The notes beneath the pieces are model-generated. The model was given only the letters and a program-made list of their open reading frames with translations. It was not told the DNA's origin and did not search any database. From IMG/VR virus record IMGVR_UViG_3300023175_000009: a DNA stretch of 64,000 bases. One strand, written 5' to 3'. Positions 33,101-42,300 of the stretch are shown here, piece after piece. Positions within the stretch are counted from its first letter, which is position 1; every line of letters starts with the position of its first letter. Both the position numbers and the translations under genes were made by a program. Origin of the DNA: a virus.

Positions 33101-36100
33101 GTTTCTTTTCTTAATTTTTTATAAGCACCAACTGTTTCTTCTCTTTGATTATCTAAAACAAGTTTTGCTTGATTAAAATAGTATGCATTACCAGCTGTTA
33201 CTGAGTTATAATTTGTGTCAAGTAACATATCGTATTTGACTGCCGGTAAAATAAATTTCTCAATATCTCTTTGACATGTTTTACTATCATATGCAAAGAA
33301 ATTATCGTTATTATCAATCCAATCTATCATTCCTTGAATGATAAGTTCTTTATTATCTTGGATTAATTCACGAGCATTTGTTCTTGCAACATCACCAGTA
33401 TCTGCGAAGATAATATCACTTGCGTTTTCTTCGCCATTTTTAAGAATGTTTAATGTCTCATTCATAGAAACATCAACACGATCATTAATTACAGTGTTAG
33501 CATTTCTAAATAGATATTTAACTTGATCTCTTAAATGCTCATTAGCACCAACTGTTTCTGTAAGTTGCTCATTTTTAACAACATATGAAATAGGAGATGA
33601 ATAAGTAATACCATTCAAACGACCCCAGTAGTTTGTATTAAGAGCAACGTCATATCCAATATTATCTGCAATAATACCAGAATCTCTATAACATTTATCT
33701 GCGTTATATCCTTGATAACCTGCTCCACCAGATGAAGTATTAGCAGTTAAGTAATCAATCATATCTTCAATAATTACTTCTTTATTATCTAATAATTCCT
33801 CTGCAAAATCTGTATTTGATAATAATAAAGAACTATTAATATTATCAGGTAATACAATATTAGTAGAACCTTTAGCACGCATTGAAATATCACCGAACTG
33901 TGTACCTGAGTTGTTCAGTGTCATTTGACCGCCGTTTAATGCATAGAATGCAGTACGTACAAAGATTGATAGAGAACCAATACCGTTAACACCAGCACCG
34001 TCTCTTGCTACATAACCCACACCATTTTGAGTACGAGGTGTGAAACCGAAACATAATACGTAAGTATATAATGAGTCAGCATCTAGAACTCTTCTATCTG
34101 CTAATAGACAACCACCACCTCTACCAACTAATCTGTTAGGGAAGTCGTCAATACCAATTTCTTTAATTTGACCAGTACCACCTCTTTGTGCGTATAGATA
34201 ATCGCCAACTTCTACATTACCTTTTAAGTTACGAACATAAATTTGATGATCTGAATCAATATTAGTAGTCCAACTAATAAATCCTGTAGCGCCTGATGAG
34301 AAAGTAACTTCATCACCATCTTCGAATAAAGCTTCTACTGAATGTCCAGTTTCTAAAATAAATTCTTGACCAAGGTCTGCAATTGTACCTTTACTATTAA
34401 ATGGAGATAAAGGCGGCTCAACATCTAAACGATTGAAGTTTGATAGTTGGGATGAGTCTCTAATATATGGAGAACGTCTTAGTAATGCGTTTGGTCTATA
34501 AGCGATTGCGAAACCGCCTTCTGGATAATCAAAGTTATCTACTTCAAAGTTCATATAAGCAAAACCTTGAACATAACAACCTGATCCAACTAGAATACCA
34601 TTTGTTCTTTCCCAACCTGGCAGTTTACGAATAACTGTAGCATATTGACCAGCAGTTGAAGACATAGCACAATCATCTGGTAACCAGATTGGTTCATCAA
34701 CCCAATAAACACCTGGACCTACTGAGATATGTACAGCATTATTGATATCGTTACGATCATAAGAACCACCTGCTTTTTCAAGTGCAATAGCTGCTGCTCT
34801 CTTAAGTGTTCTCACAGGTTGTAATATTGTACCTGGATATTCATCGTTACCATCTGATGCAACATAAACTTTAAGACCTTTTTCTGTAGATTTAGAAATC
34901 TCCTCAAACATTTGTTTATAAGAGATTTGTTCTGTTTGTCCTGTCTTAGAATTTTTGATTGCAAAATATGAATTTTCATCCATATTTGGTTCCCAAACTT
35001 TGTGTAACTCCATGTCGAAGTCAACAAGCTTGGATTCATCAATTGTACCATCTTCGAATGTTGATCTTGTAATCTTACCACCATCAAATGTAGATGATGT
35101 AGAGGACATATTATTAGCAGATGAACTTGTAATTGTTAAGTCATTTGCAACAACACCATCCATTGAACCAGTAAATGAAGAATTAGCAAGTGTTGCATTA
35201 CTAATTGCAGCGGTATCAATTGTTGAGTTTGTCCAAATATTATTGTTACCAGTACCATTAGAAAAATCTGATGTAGTAAGATCAGAATTTGACATATTAG
35301 TAAGGATAACATTATTACCTGTAATGTTATAAATCTCAGAGTTTTGCATAACAACGTTATTAGCATTCGTATCGAATATTTCTCCATTAGAGAAAACGTT
35401 GTTATCAAAAATACTTGTAGTATGAATATTGTTTGCGAAGCCTGAATCCCAAATTGTACCATTTGAGAAACGTGAATTTGTAATATCTACATCATCTAAT
35501 CTTGTTGTTCTAATTACACCATTTGAAAAATCAGAATCAACTACAGTAGCATTAGAAACTGCAACATTTGAAATATCACCATCATGGAACCATGTAGTAA
35601 TAATTTCTGAATTAGAGATGAATGCATCTTCAAGAATAAGTTCATCGATTTCGATGTTTGTAAGGATAAGACCGTTTGCAGTACCTTGATCGATTGTTAC
35701 ATTATTATATTCTGAATCATCGATGCGAGAATTTGTGAATACATTATTATTACCAGTTGAATTATTTAACTCACCTTGGTCAACAATTGTATTTGTAAAG
35801 ATGTTATTATTACCGGTACCTTCTGAGAAATCTGAGTTAGCAATTTCAGACTCAGACATTGTAATGTTCTTAGCCTCAGCTGTATCAATAGTTACTTCGG
35901 TAATATCGGTACCTTCCATAGTACCGTTGATAATTTGGTTATCAGAAAGAACGTTATTATCTAGTGTTGCACTAAATATTCTAACGCCTGAGATGTTACC
36001 ACCAGTGATGGTAATTCTAGCAAAGATTTCATATTGTAAAGCATCAACAAGCTCTTTACGGGTGATGTTTTTGGTACCGTCATCGCCTTGAATTAAATTA

Positions 36101-36171
36101 ACGATGACAAATAGGTCTTCTGATCTAGTATTACTACCCTTAATCGAACCTAGTTCTGAAATCTTTGACAT
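24181..36171 (-). CDS. Giant repeat-rich virion structural protein (3996 aa)
   Basis: N-terminal N/S/T pentapeptide-like repeats, a YVASDGNDEYPGT..PVRTLKRA beta-helix cap, 12 ATYDPxTG...ISHPRxTDP...GAHTFVSA beta repeats, and 11-12 helical CxRD repeats. Confidence 0.8.
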   Translation of the reverse strand: MSKISELGSIKGSNTRSEDLFVIVNLIQGDDGTKNITRKELVDALQYEIFARITITGGNISGVRIFSATLDNNVLSDNQIINGTMEGTDITEVTIDTAEAKNITMSESEIANSDFSEGTGNNNIFTNTIVDQGELNNSTGNNNVFTNSRIDDSEYNNVTIDQGTANGLILTNIEIDELILEDAFISNSEIITTWFHDGDISNVAVSNATVVDSDFSNGVIRTTRLDDVDITNSRFSNGTIWDSGFANNIHTTSIFDNNVFSNGEIFDTNANNVVMQNSEIYNITGNNVILTNMSNSDLTTSDFSNGTGNNNIWTNSTIDTAAISNATLANSSFTGSMDGVVANDLTITSSSANNMSSTSSTFDGGKITRSTFEDGTIDESKLVDFDMELHKVWEPNMDENSYFAIKNSKTGQTEQISYKQMFEEISKSTEKGLKVYVASDGNDEYPGTILQPVRTLKRAAAIALEKAGGSYDRNDINNAVHISVGPGVYWVDEPIWLPDDCAMSSTAGQYATVIRKLPGWERTNGILVGSGCYVQGFAYMNFEVDNFDYPEGGFAIAYRPNALLRRSPYIRDSSQLSNFNRLDVEPPLSPFNSKGTIADLGQEFILETGHSVEALFEDGDEVTFSSGATGFISWTTNIDSDHQIYVRNLKGNVEVGDYLYAQRGGTGQIKEIGIDDFPNRLVGRGGGCLLADRRVLDADSLYTYVLCFGFTPRTQNGVGYVARDGAGVNGIGSLSIFVRTAFYALNGGQMTLNNSGTQFGDISMRAKGSTNIVLPDNINSSLLLSNTDFAEELLDNKEVIIEDMIDYLTANTSSGGAGYQGYNADKCYRDSGIIADNIGYDVALNTNYWGRLNGITYSSPISYVVKNEQLTETVGANEHLRDQVKYLFRNANTVINDRVDVSMNETLNILKNGEENASDIIFADTGDVARTNARELIQDNKELIIQGMIDWIDNNDNFFAYDSKTCQRDIEKFILPAVKYDMLLDTNYNSVTAGNAYYFNQAKLVLDNQREETVGAYKKLRKETDRIIEANTALGAVRAYDKFNQIIDIIENNGTKYTPTNVSYDPATGEAVFTIGAHSLTVGRYINLMPESLQFTCDTDNNTLIFSHPRLGDPATSSALPILSVTSTTFTVNVGATPYKGVHTFVKAEFDSVSVVGTEITFSDSTSISADRRNARKQLQTNKDYIQSYMMDWADSNYFLYDSEKCQRDTQEYILPAVKRDMVSGSNFNAIQSGIAYRQGITTAVPGSQLTETVGAFTHLKSEVEDALSDPIAIYHANEAFDNFINIMQNDGREFTPSNATYDPSTGVSELTIENHGFEVGDQILLSEEGLTFSCANTANASVITEISHPRSTDPAFESPITIFEATDNTIKIYVGGANGYTGAHTFARAKLNCVKQYTSVNDSYTPTDATYNPNTGITVLTIPEHGIKVGDRIVLNKESITFSCANTSSNTVVSISHPRFTDPNYNSLVEITGITDDTITFFSGDAGGYTGAHTFVSADANCVKTVGFPNNKFTPTNATYNVLTGISVITVGPHSIKAGDTIKIAEEALTFECGSPAVQISHPRSTDPAFNTDLTVLSVTDTTISVNVGNAGGYTGAHTFISAKPLSITKTSAYSGKVTPTDAIYDPVTGDMTFVIGHHNLNIGKWISMAPESITMTCANTANASYVETISHPRPTDPAYNSPVRITDVTGTTITVNVGNAGGYSADHSFVSALDDCIDTNAIYWTDAAKIESFHTPETATYDPATGDFVVTITGHGLTTNDHIEIKPESFRFSCANTAANTTVEISNPRIGDMAYGLPLEITAATTNTFTVNVGAANGYTGAHTFVSADADAIMKVSATQDGTYARRQLQANKKFIQDEIDAWIRDNYFVYKDALCKRDTDLILKAVARDVLTGSNVNSVFHGLAYRSGNASTDSVVENELTETVGALEWLKEEIWNMLSDADAKQYANNAFDATIQTLKHGSYTPTNATYDPVTGISEITIGSHTFTTGDTIYLKQEGLTFSCGSPAVEISHPRTTDPSFNAPLEITATSNTSITVNVGDANGYTGAHTFVSAIADAVTANPAKDFGTSYVNDEAYEASKALQANRQFIIDETTAWINGRYPNLDYSSTKCERDVGWFIDAAAWDIQHGSNSATVHNSRMYYDHAVAILPIEERHPTAAAFDHVAEVAGQIVRNEIVDAANYAEYDVSNATYDPVTGISSLTIGSHDFEPGDRIRLNQESITFSCANTASNTVINISHPRPTDPSFNTPITVLSVTPTSITIDVGDAGGYTGAHTFVSADSGAVRSAENQQVRSAGSTYSATNATYDPVTGDTVLTVGKHQFTVGDRITIDEGAITFSCANTAANTTVEISHPRSTDPMGGNTPATITEVTANTITFNSGNAGGYTGAHTFVSAEPESIRSSDFYTPVDASYNPTTGISTIDIGTHNLREGDRVILAEESITFSCANTVANTTVNISHPRATDPKFNEPITIISATSNTITIDVGDAGGYTGAHTFVSADANAVKKANMAPAYTPSTATYDPTTGISVLTIGTHRLEKGDWIIMDQDSITFSCANTATGVVTTISHPRATDPAFNTPVEVLETTDSTIKIQVGAAPNGYAGVHTFVSANVNCVKKASNPTTSEKVESLLSTVATMIRHSDFGELPAVKEPAYDDTVIGYDSALDTDSQLISGSSAKYQQEIIDYIRETYNGLGYNTDFCYRDIGYIVDAVSEDLEYGGNDATVNAATYYFNNAINILPENQREPTRLAYEYLANVVEDIIEETTVTPTSGNSSTQDKSGTPGSATIAAAGKDLVNIISAIVDDNSTNGIPESSGAPAMMPSRTFARKALQNNKEFIQEEIINFINDEYFTFDSGKCARDTGYILDAVRRDVETGANYNSLIAGKVYRSGNPGTEVVVQDQLAETVQAVNWIQKDIESRLTGTALTRATAAFENLKDAMINDYDPETVGYVYGVGSQGSNYINAQTGLQLNKDFLKSEAIAWIAINAPGLTYDADKCRRDIGYIVDAISYDVQHDCNVGMLDVARMYFENGLSILPADQRSATSQLYTHLGNVSELLVTKQTVTPTAGNTTPQEKLGFGPVAAGIAQDVQDGWNLVADVIAANTFDAAPAAREAQSTLGTDYDYNVEAAIIGGRLSTLSTGVTKYLKDQFNYLEYNQNKCRRDVGYMVDALSHDIQYGGNSAVWNAAQIYFVNAVNLLPVAQREPTRRAFTHMADVVWDIIRNEEITVKTGNRWTPSSATYDVSTGEAVLTIGKHTLNAGDYIKLAKESLTFSCGSPAVQISHPRTTDPAFDKPLKITSVGLNTITVNVGSAKGYDGAHTFVSASKNAVTQITGNHIKQDRSGLVARRRIANEAKEKAMIIANVVYENNPTALPYKVEPLLDWATADLKDSKQILDRANESLTKDMINFITKEYKGLSYPQDKCRRDVGIIVDALSHDINYNTNYATRLNANMYFSYGTSVLPYDQRQQTAEFYAEMANYVSDIVQELAPGQDVSGVASTSAIGEEVASLVRIIEEAIRRDSLDAVPEIREPDTSWVDEDLIWAGKEIDDNLDVLSDEVTTWINKEYNVLDYDKSKCYRDGHYLLDAFSFDLNYGGNSASRWNADFYFWNNIFRIPADQQVPTGQAYRVLGRLARDCVLGKLPGQVVRTDVSTKALSEEAEELGMIFYRAFLNNDVNALGPLVEPNFDYDDNKEFKFARLILNNNRINLQKEVQRFIGMTYKFIDLPKTRRDAGNILEFIANDFKYTNPTNGDEGSDQGTRSVVAALFNIDSKHVFPVFNPPTSFSGWQDLRFKGTVQSQTQRDALTGMKRNDAYIIPTSWNGNRYDGVIHYWNGTSWETAGNNNVDLLESFYFAWQQMRDYITGNLSPNLAHTQMVNGLFNDVLIQGVLRPNFLTFGSLVESIAHQFNGASAGVNRNALPLNFRNLGSAISATASVLSEDGGRIRWSGADELNNQYFARGLRINGRTGRIEGRPFTSSVRKLARRASNSRAAL

Positions 36172-36205
36172 GTATATGTACCTTTAAAACGTTATTAATT
36201 TCTAT

Positions 36206-36213
36206 TATTTATA
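36206..36213 (-). promoter_or_regulatory. T4-type late promoter TATAAATA
   Basis: Exact consensus 34 nt upstream of the 3996-aa gene. Confidence 0.8.
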
Positions 36214-36230
36214 AAAAAATGAGTATGATC

Positions 36231-36845
36231 TTAAGGCATTCTATTGTTGGTAACAATAAAGTAACCTTGGTCTATACTAACTTTTTTCATCATAGCATAA
36301 TATAAGTTTTGTTTTTTTACAACATCAACTATTTCACTTGGTCCGTTCCAATCAGAAATTTTACCTAAGACTTCTTTTTCAACTTTAAGTAAGTTATTAT
36401 CTTTATCATAATAGTGAATTCTATATTCACCTACTTTTTCATCTCTTGTATATGTTTTAGTACCATATACATTAGCTTCTCTATCAAGATAATAACCAAT
36501 GTTTTCAATCCAAGGTTCACCTGGTCCGACCAGACTCCTTCCGTGTGGTTGATCTTTATATAATCTAACTTTATCTGTATTTAAACTTTCTAAGTCTACA
36601 CAAATAGCAGCAATATTACCCTCTGGTGTTAGATAAAAATCATCCGGAAGTTTAAAGCCTATTAACGTTTCGAAATGTACTCTATCAGTATCATTGTTCT
36701 CATATCTGACGACTAAACCAACAGAAAAATCTGACTGTCTTCTAGAAAAAATCAGTCTCCATATTCTGTCATGTGGATATTGGTCCAATACTTTATCTAG
36801 CATTGGATAAAATCCTCTAAACTCGTTCAGATCGGCTAGTTTCAT
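36231..36845 (-). CDS. Hypothetical protein (204 aa)
   Basis: Clean ORF with charged, non-fibre composition; no motif recognised. Confidence 0.65.
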   Translation of the reverse strand: MKLADLNEFRGFYPMLDKVLDQYPHDRIWRLIFSRRQSDFSVGLVVRYENNDTDRVHFETLIGFKLPDDFYLTPEGNIAAICVDLESLNTDKVRLYKDQPHGRSLVGPGEPWIENIGYYLDREANVYGTKTYTRDEKVGEYRIHYYDKDNNLLKVEKEVLGKISDWNGPSEIVDVVKKQNLYYAMMKKVSIDQGYFIVTNNRMP

Positions 36846-36849
36846 ATAT

Positions 36850-36857
36850 TATTTATA
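36850..36857 (-). promoter_or_regulatory. T4-type late promoter TATAAATA
   Basis: Exact consensus only 4 nt before the ATG at 36845. Confidence 0.6.
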
Positions 36858-36863
36858 TTCCTT

Positions 36864-37904
36864 TTATCCTATGACAACACTTCCGTTGCCTTTTATTGTA
36901 ATTTTTACTAAATTTGTTAATAGTCGACTATTAATGGCACTGATCGGGGCTGGTACTATTTGAGTGTTTTGACCTGATTCTAGCTCTGTTGTTATTGCAA
37001 GTGTACCCTTTGCACCAAGTCCGCCATTAAAATTACCAACAGTAGCTCTGGATCCAACTTTACCAAGTACGGCATAATAAGTTCCTGGTGCTAATTCAAC
37101 TTTAAAAGTAATTGTCTGGCCAGCCTCACCGCCAGATCCACCTTTACCAGCCTCGTCTGGAGGAGGACCACCGCCACCATAATAACCTCGTGCTACATCT
37201 ATTTCAAGCCGTCCACCATCAGCACCTGATGAAGGATACGGCATACTTGCTCCGGTATCAGATCCGCCAGAAGGATCTCCACCACCGCCACCACCTCCGG
37301 CGCCATAATTGAATGGGGCATCATCTCCAGCTTTCCAGGATGCACCTCCTGCACCTCCAGTTCCATAATATGATGCTTTACCGTCAGTACCCGTGTCACC
37401 TTGATTACCATTTGATCCGCCAAGACCACCGTTTGCATACATTCTTTGATTGGCTCCAGATACAGTATTTTGTCCAAGAATAAAATCAGAGGCTGCCCAA
37501 TCAGAATCATTATTGTAAGATCCTGATTGTACTTTAGCGTTGTATGTTGCTTCTGTTATAAGACCGCATTTTGCGCCTGATCCTGCTCTTCCTGTACCAG
37601 CTCCATCTTGAAAACCTTGTCCTCCAGTTCCGCCTGATCCTGTTATTCTAACTTCTAATGGTACTAAAACGCTTGAGCCGAAAAAGTCATCAAATTCAAT
37701 CTTTCCCGATTTTGGAATACCAGTACCAGTCTCCACAAATGTTCCATCAGATTTTCTTCTTTTACCACAAGTTCTATTTGTTGGAGTATCTGGAACGTAA
37801 GCTCCACCTCGATAATATTCGTTTAAAGACGTTGGTTCTGTACCACCAAACTCATTTTGAATAGCAGTTAAAGTAACTGTATTATTAGTAGGATTGATTG
37901 CCAT
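36864..37904 (-). CDS. Glycine-rich fibre-tip adhesin-like protein (gp38-like architecture, 346 aa)
   Basis: N-terminal AIQNEFGG...SLNEYYRGG...IPKSGKIEFDDFFG segment followed by many poly-Gly motifs; directly follows an S74-chaperone fibre. Confidence 0.6.
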   Translation of the reverse strand: MAINPTNNTVTLTAIQNEFGGTEPTSLNEYYRGGAYVPDTPTNRTCGKRRKSDGTFVETGTGIPKSGKIEFDDFFGSSVLVPLEVRITGSGGTGGQGFQDGAGTGRAGSGAKCGLITEATYNAKVQSGSYNNDSDWAASDFILGQNTVSGANQRMYANGGLGGSNGNQGDTGTDGKASYYGTGGAGGASWKAGDDAPFNYGAGGGGGGGDPSGGSDTGASMPYPSSGADGGRLEIDVARGYYGGGGPPPDEAGKGGSGGEAGQTITFKVELAPGTYYAVLGKVGSRATVGNFNGGLGAKGTLAITTELESGQNTQIVPAPISAINSRLLTNLVKITIKGNGSVVIG

Positions 37905-37907
37905 GAT

Positions 37908-39131
37908 CTATTTTTTTCCAATTTGTTCTTTCAATTCCTTAATTGCTTCTATTAAAAGTCCTATAATATTTCCATGTCTTACTGCATAACATGTTTCTTT
38001 TGTTCTTGGATCTGTTGTTTCATAAACAATGCCTGGTAAAACATCTTTTAATTCTTGCGCAATTACACCAGTCATAGGAGTTTCATCTCCTTTATAATTA
38101 AATGTATATCCACCTAATTGTGAAATTTTATCTAATGCATTTGTAATAGGATTAATATTTTCTTTCATTGTAGCATCTGAAATACTACCAAACGCGGTAA
38201 TATTACCTTCTGCAAGAATATTACCACTTGCATTTATATTATTAAATGTAACATTAGAACCTGTTCCAACTGCTTGACCAATTGAAATAACACCAGTACC
38301 ATTATTGTAAGTTACACCAGTGCCCGCGCTTAGTGAAGCTCTTGCTCTTGCAGTAGTAAAATAAAGATTAGTAGAACCTTCTGCGAGTGCATCAGTATTA
38401 TGGTTTAATAAAGAACTTACTGTTCCTTGTACGTTTCCTTTAAATGTAGGAAGATTATTATTAGTTGGTCCACCATTTTCAAAAATTTTATTCGAATTAT
38501 CTAAACCAGGAAAATCTGCATTAGGATGATAGATATCACCAGTAAAGTTTCCATTAATATCCAAACAAGTAAGCTTTGTAACATTAGCGGTGTTTGCAGT
38601 AAGTGTATCAGTACTAGTAACATTTGCAACATTAATATCACCACCAACACCAGATGTTTCAATGCTATTTGTAATTTTTAATGTTTCAATCTCTAATGTT
38701 CCATCAGTAGATAACGCAAATTGTGGAGTACCACTACCTGTTGTAATTATAAAACGATCGTCTGTTGCATTTTCATATCCGACATCCCAAGCACTAGCAC
38801 CATCTGTATATCTTGTTCTAGCACCTGTTGAATTAAATTGGAACGTGGCACAAATATTAGATGCAGAAGAAATAACTTCAATTGGAGAAGTTATGTGTAC
38901 ATTATTACCAGTAACTCTTGAAGTAATTAAATCTGTTTCTACTTTATCATAACCTATTAAAGTATTTGCAGTAAATTCTCCTAGAAGGATAGAATCACCT
39001 GTAACAGAATCACCAGCTACTGAAGCTGTAAGAGCTGAATTTCGCCACAAATCAACTTGTTCATTAGTTTTATCAAACCAATTTTGAAAAGTTTGAGTTG
39101 TTGTAATATTTGTTATACTTGGTTTTGCCAT
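37908..39131 (-). CDS. Short fibre protein with C-terminal peptidase S74-type chaperone (407 aa)
   Basis: N-terminal TQTFQNWFDKTN motif; C-terminal ISDATMKENI...GVIAQEL...[10 protein letters not shown]. Confidence 0.8.
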   Translation of the reverse strand: MAKPSITNITTTQTFQNWFDKTNEQVDLWRNSALTASVAGDSVTGDSILLGEFTANTLIGYDKVETDLITSRVTGNNVHITSPIEVISSASNICATFQFNSTGARTRYTDGASAWDVGYENATDDRFIITTGSGTPQFALSTDGTLEIETLKITNSIETSGVGGDINVANVTSTDTLTANTANVTKLTCLDINGNFTGDIYHPNADFPGLDNSNKIFENGGPTNNNLPTFKGNVQGTVSSLLNHNTDALAEGSTNLYFTTARARASLSAGTGVTYNNGTGVISIGQAVGTGSNVTFNNINASGNILAEGNITAFGSISDATMKENINPITNALDKISQLGGYTFNYKGDETPMTGVIAQELKDVLPGIVYETTDPRTKETCYAVRHGNIIGLLIEAIKELKEQIGKK

Positions 39132-39311
39132 TTACTTACTCTCTAATTTATCCAATCTTTCATTAATTGCTTGTAAAAGATTTTTAACTTCATTAATTTC
39201 TTTATCCAAATTTTGTACTTTTCTATGTAATGCTCTTTCTTGTTTATATTTATTTAGAGCTTGTACATCTGTATTAACTACTGCATTACTTTTTGAATGT
39301 CTTTTTAACAT
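39132..39311 (-). CDS. Small coiled-coil protein (59 aa)
   Basis: Not in the track. Manual translation: MLKRHSKSNAVVNTDVQALNKYKQERALHRKVQNLDKEINEVKNLLQAINERLDKLESK. It exactly fills the gap and its start overlaps the upstream stop (TAATG). Confidence 0.75.
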   Translation of the reverse strand: MLKRHSKSNAVVNTDVQALNKYKQERALHRKVQNLDKEINEVKNLLQAINERLDKLESK

Positions 39312-42300
39312 TATGTCAACGCAATTGCTCTATAATCTTTAAGTGTTGGAACATCAAACATAGTAGGAGCTAACATTTCAATTTTAATAGCAAATGTTCT
39401 ATATCCTGAGAATGTACCAGCATCACTTGTATATTGTAAAATGCCATTACTATCTTTATTAGCATCAGCAACTTTATATCTAAATTCTCTCCAATCATTT
39501 AGATTTCTATTATTAGAATATGTATTAACTCCTTTGAATAATTCTAATTCAATCCAATTAATATTATCAAATGTAGAACTATCATATGGATTTTGTGGTC
39601 TAATATAAACTTTAATATTAGTTCCCTCAGGTCTAAATCCTGTAACAATAACTTCCATATCTTCAGCATCTAAATCTTCAGCTAATTCTACCGGAATAGA
39701 AATATATTTAGATGATGTTGCTGATGACGTATTAGTTATTTCGTATTGATAAGCTAATAAGCCAGAAACTTCAAAATCAATAATTGGCGTAGATGTTTTC
39801 TCACCTCTATTTTCCATTTCTAATGTTATATCAAATGGTTTTGTTCTACTTGGATCATTTGATTTACTATATACAACAACTCCTTTACCATTATTAAAAT
39901 ATAAATTAGAACCAAAGTTCATTGGAGTATTATATGTATTAATTGGATTAGTAGAATCTACGAAAGTACCATTCATTGTTACATTTGTAATTGAATCATT
40001 TGCTTTCATAATCATTGGTTGAATATAACTTAGATTGATATCATCAATTGTTCCAATAGTCGCTGTTGTACCACTATCAAAACCTGTAATAGTATCTCCA
40101 GCTACAAATTTCTTAGTAGATGTTGCAGAGCTTGCTTGAAGATGCATTACAGATCTATCTAATGAGCTATAATGAGAAATTAAACCAGCAACAATTGGTG
40201 TTGCTTCACCAGCTCCATTACTAGCAGTGAATGGACTTGGTTTAGTAAGTGTCATTTCTGTTGCACTATCTACAGAAGCAATTCTAAATATTTCTTTATT
40301 TGAACCACCATCATTTACATGAACATAATCACCTGCTGAATACGTTGTTTCAAAATTAACTGTTGAAGAAGTAATTACATTATTTCCTGTAGTAAGACTT
40401 ACTGATTCAGAATTTGCTATTGATTTATAAACCATCTCTGCAGGTGCATCTAAAACACCTCTTGAAGGGCCATTAAATCTACCAGACCAAGAACTCAATG
40501 TAAAGAATTCGTGATCATTATTTGTCATTGTAACACTACCAGTTAATGCATTAAAATCATGTCTGTATAAAGTAAATTTAATATCTTCATCTTGATATGA
40601 TTTCCATGCTCTATTATTTGTTGAAGCAAATAAAACACCGTCTCCCCAGTCAGCACTTACTGCTTGTCCTATTGTACTACCACCCAAAGATATTCCTCCA
40701 ACCTTAGATGTATAGATTAAATAGTTTGGATCATTGGCATCAGGCATAATAACAAACGCATATTCTGTTTCTGTATCCAATCTTATTGGTGCTCTAAATT
40801 CTACTGTTGTAACACTTTCTCCATCATCAGAAACATTTACATCTTCTGCATCTATGTGTACTTTTGAAAAAGGTAAAATTTCAGAACTTGGATAACCATT
40901 AACTACTTCTCTTAGCATTACAGTTATACCATTACCTGCATCACTCTTTCTTTTAAAATAAAGATCTATTTTAGAAGCAAATACTGAATTAGATCCTGGA
41001 CTATTTTTACTTGATTGCCCCATAGCTTTCTTAATAAAGAATGTTTGAGCAATAGGATCTCCAGACGGTTGAGGTGGAACTCTACGTCTTGGTAAGTTTC
41101 TAGTAGTTTCTGTTTCTCTTATTGTAAACTCTGGTGGTCTTGTAGACAATGTAGCACTACTTAATCCTACATTATAAGCATAATAAGTTAATTCTGCTTT
41201 TGAAGAAGACGCTGAATCTATATTATCATATGTTGGAACATCAACAATAGTTAATACTCTTTCGCCAACAAAGAATTTACCACCTGGTAGACCAAATACT
41301 GCAGTTAATACACCATCATCATCTGTTGTACCTGGATAGATATCTTCATTATTTGGTCCCTTAATTGGCTGTCCAATTGCTCCAAGTTTTTCGATCTCAG
41401 CTGCATCTGTTACATTTGTTCCATTATACATAAATGAACTTACATCTTCTCCATCAAAATAAAAATAATGTCTTGTGTTGGGACGAAGTCCTGAAACAAA
41501 TATTTTAATTTCTTTAGATCTCATATAAGGTTCAAATGCAACATCAGTTACAAATGATCCATCAAAAATCTTTTTAGTTTTTCCTGTGCCAACTTCTAAC
41601 TGTGATTCAATACCTCTTTGTACTTCTGTTCTTTGCCAAACATTTGGATCACCAATTTGTACAGTACCAACAATTTCTTTCCAATCTGTTTTAGTTAATG
41701 GATAAAATTTTTGGAATTGAGTTACAAAATCTTTAAATGGAGTTGCTAAATCTAATTCAATTTTTTCTGGGTTAGTATCAACATCAGGTAAAATATCACA
41801 TTGCGGAGAAAGTTGTCCAATACCATCGTATTTCCAGAAATTACTTACACAACTTCTATAATTAGTTGCATATTTTTGTCCAAGTAATTCTACATGTGCA
41901 TTTCTACTTAATGTTCCAACTTCAGGATTATTTGATGTTGGCCAAGGTAAGGCATTCGATCCACTCTTATATTTTAAATCTAATGGGAAATGATTTTGTT
42001 TAGGAGTCAATACCTCTCTATCAGACATAACTGCTGCATTAAATTCAGGATCAATAAGATTTGCAATATTTAAATCTTTAAATGGATCTACAACATAACC
42101 ATTCTTAAATCTAGTTAAACCATTTTCATCAAGTACAAGAAGATTTTCTGTATCTTGTTCTAATTGGCTTAAACTAATATAGTATTCTAAACTTTCTACT
42201 TTTCTTTCAATCTTTGCAATATCTCGCATCGTATAACCTTCGGTACCTGATGCTTGAGTTTTAATTGCATAATCTCTTTTATTTTGTTCAGCCGCTTCTT

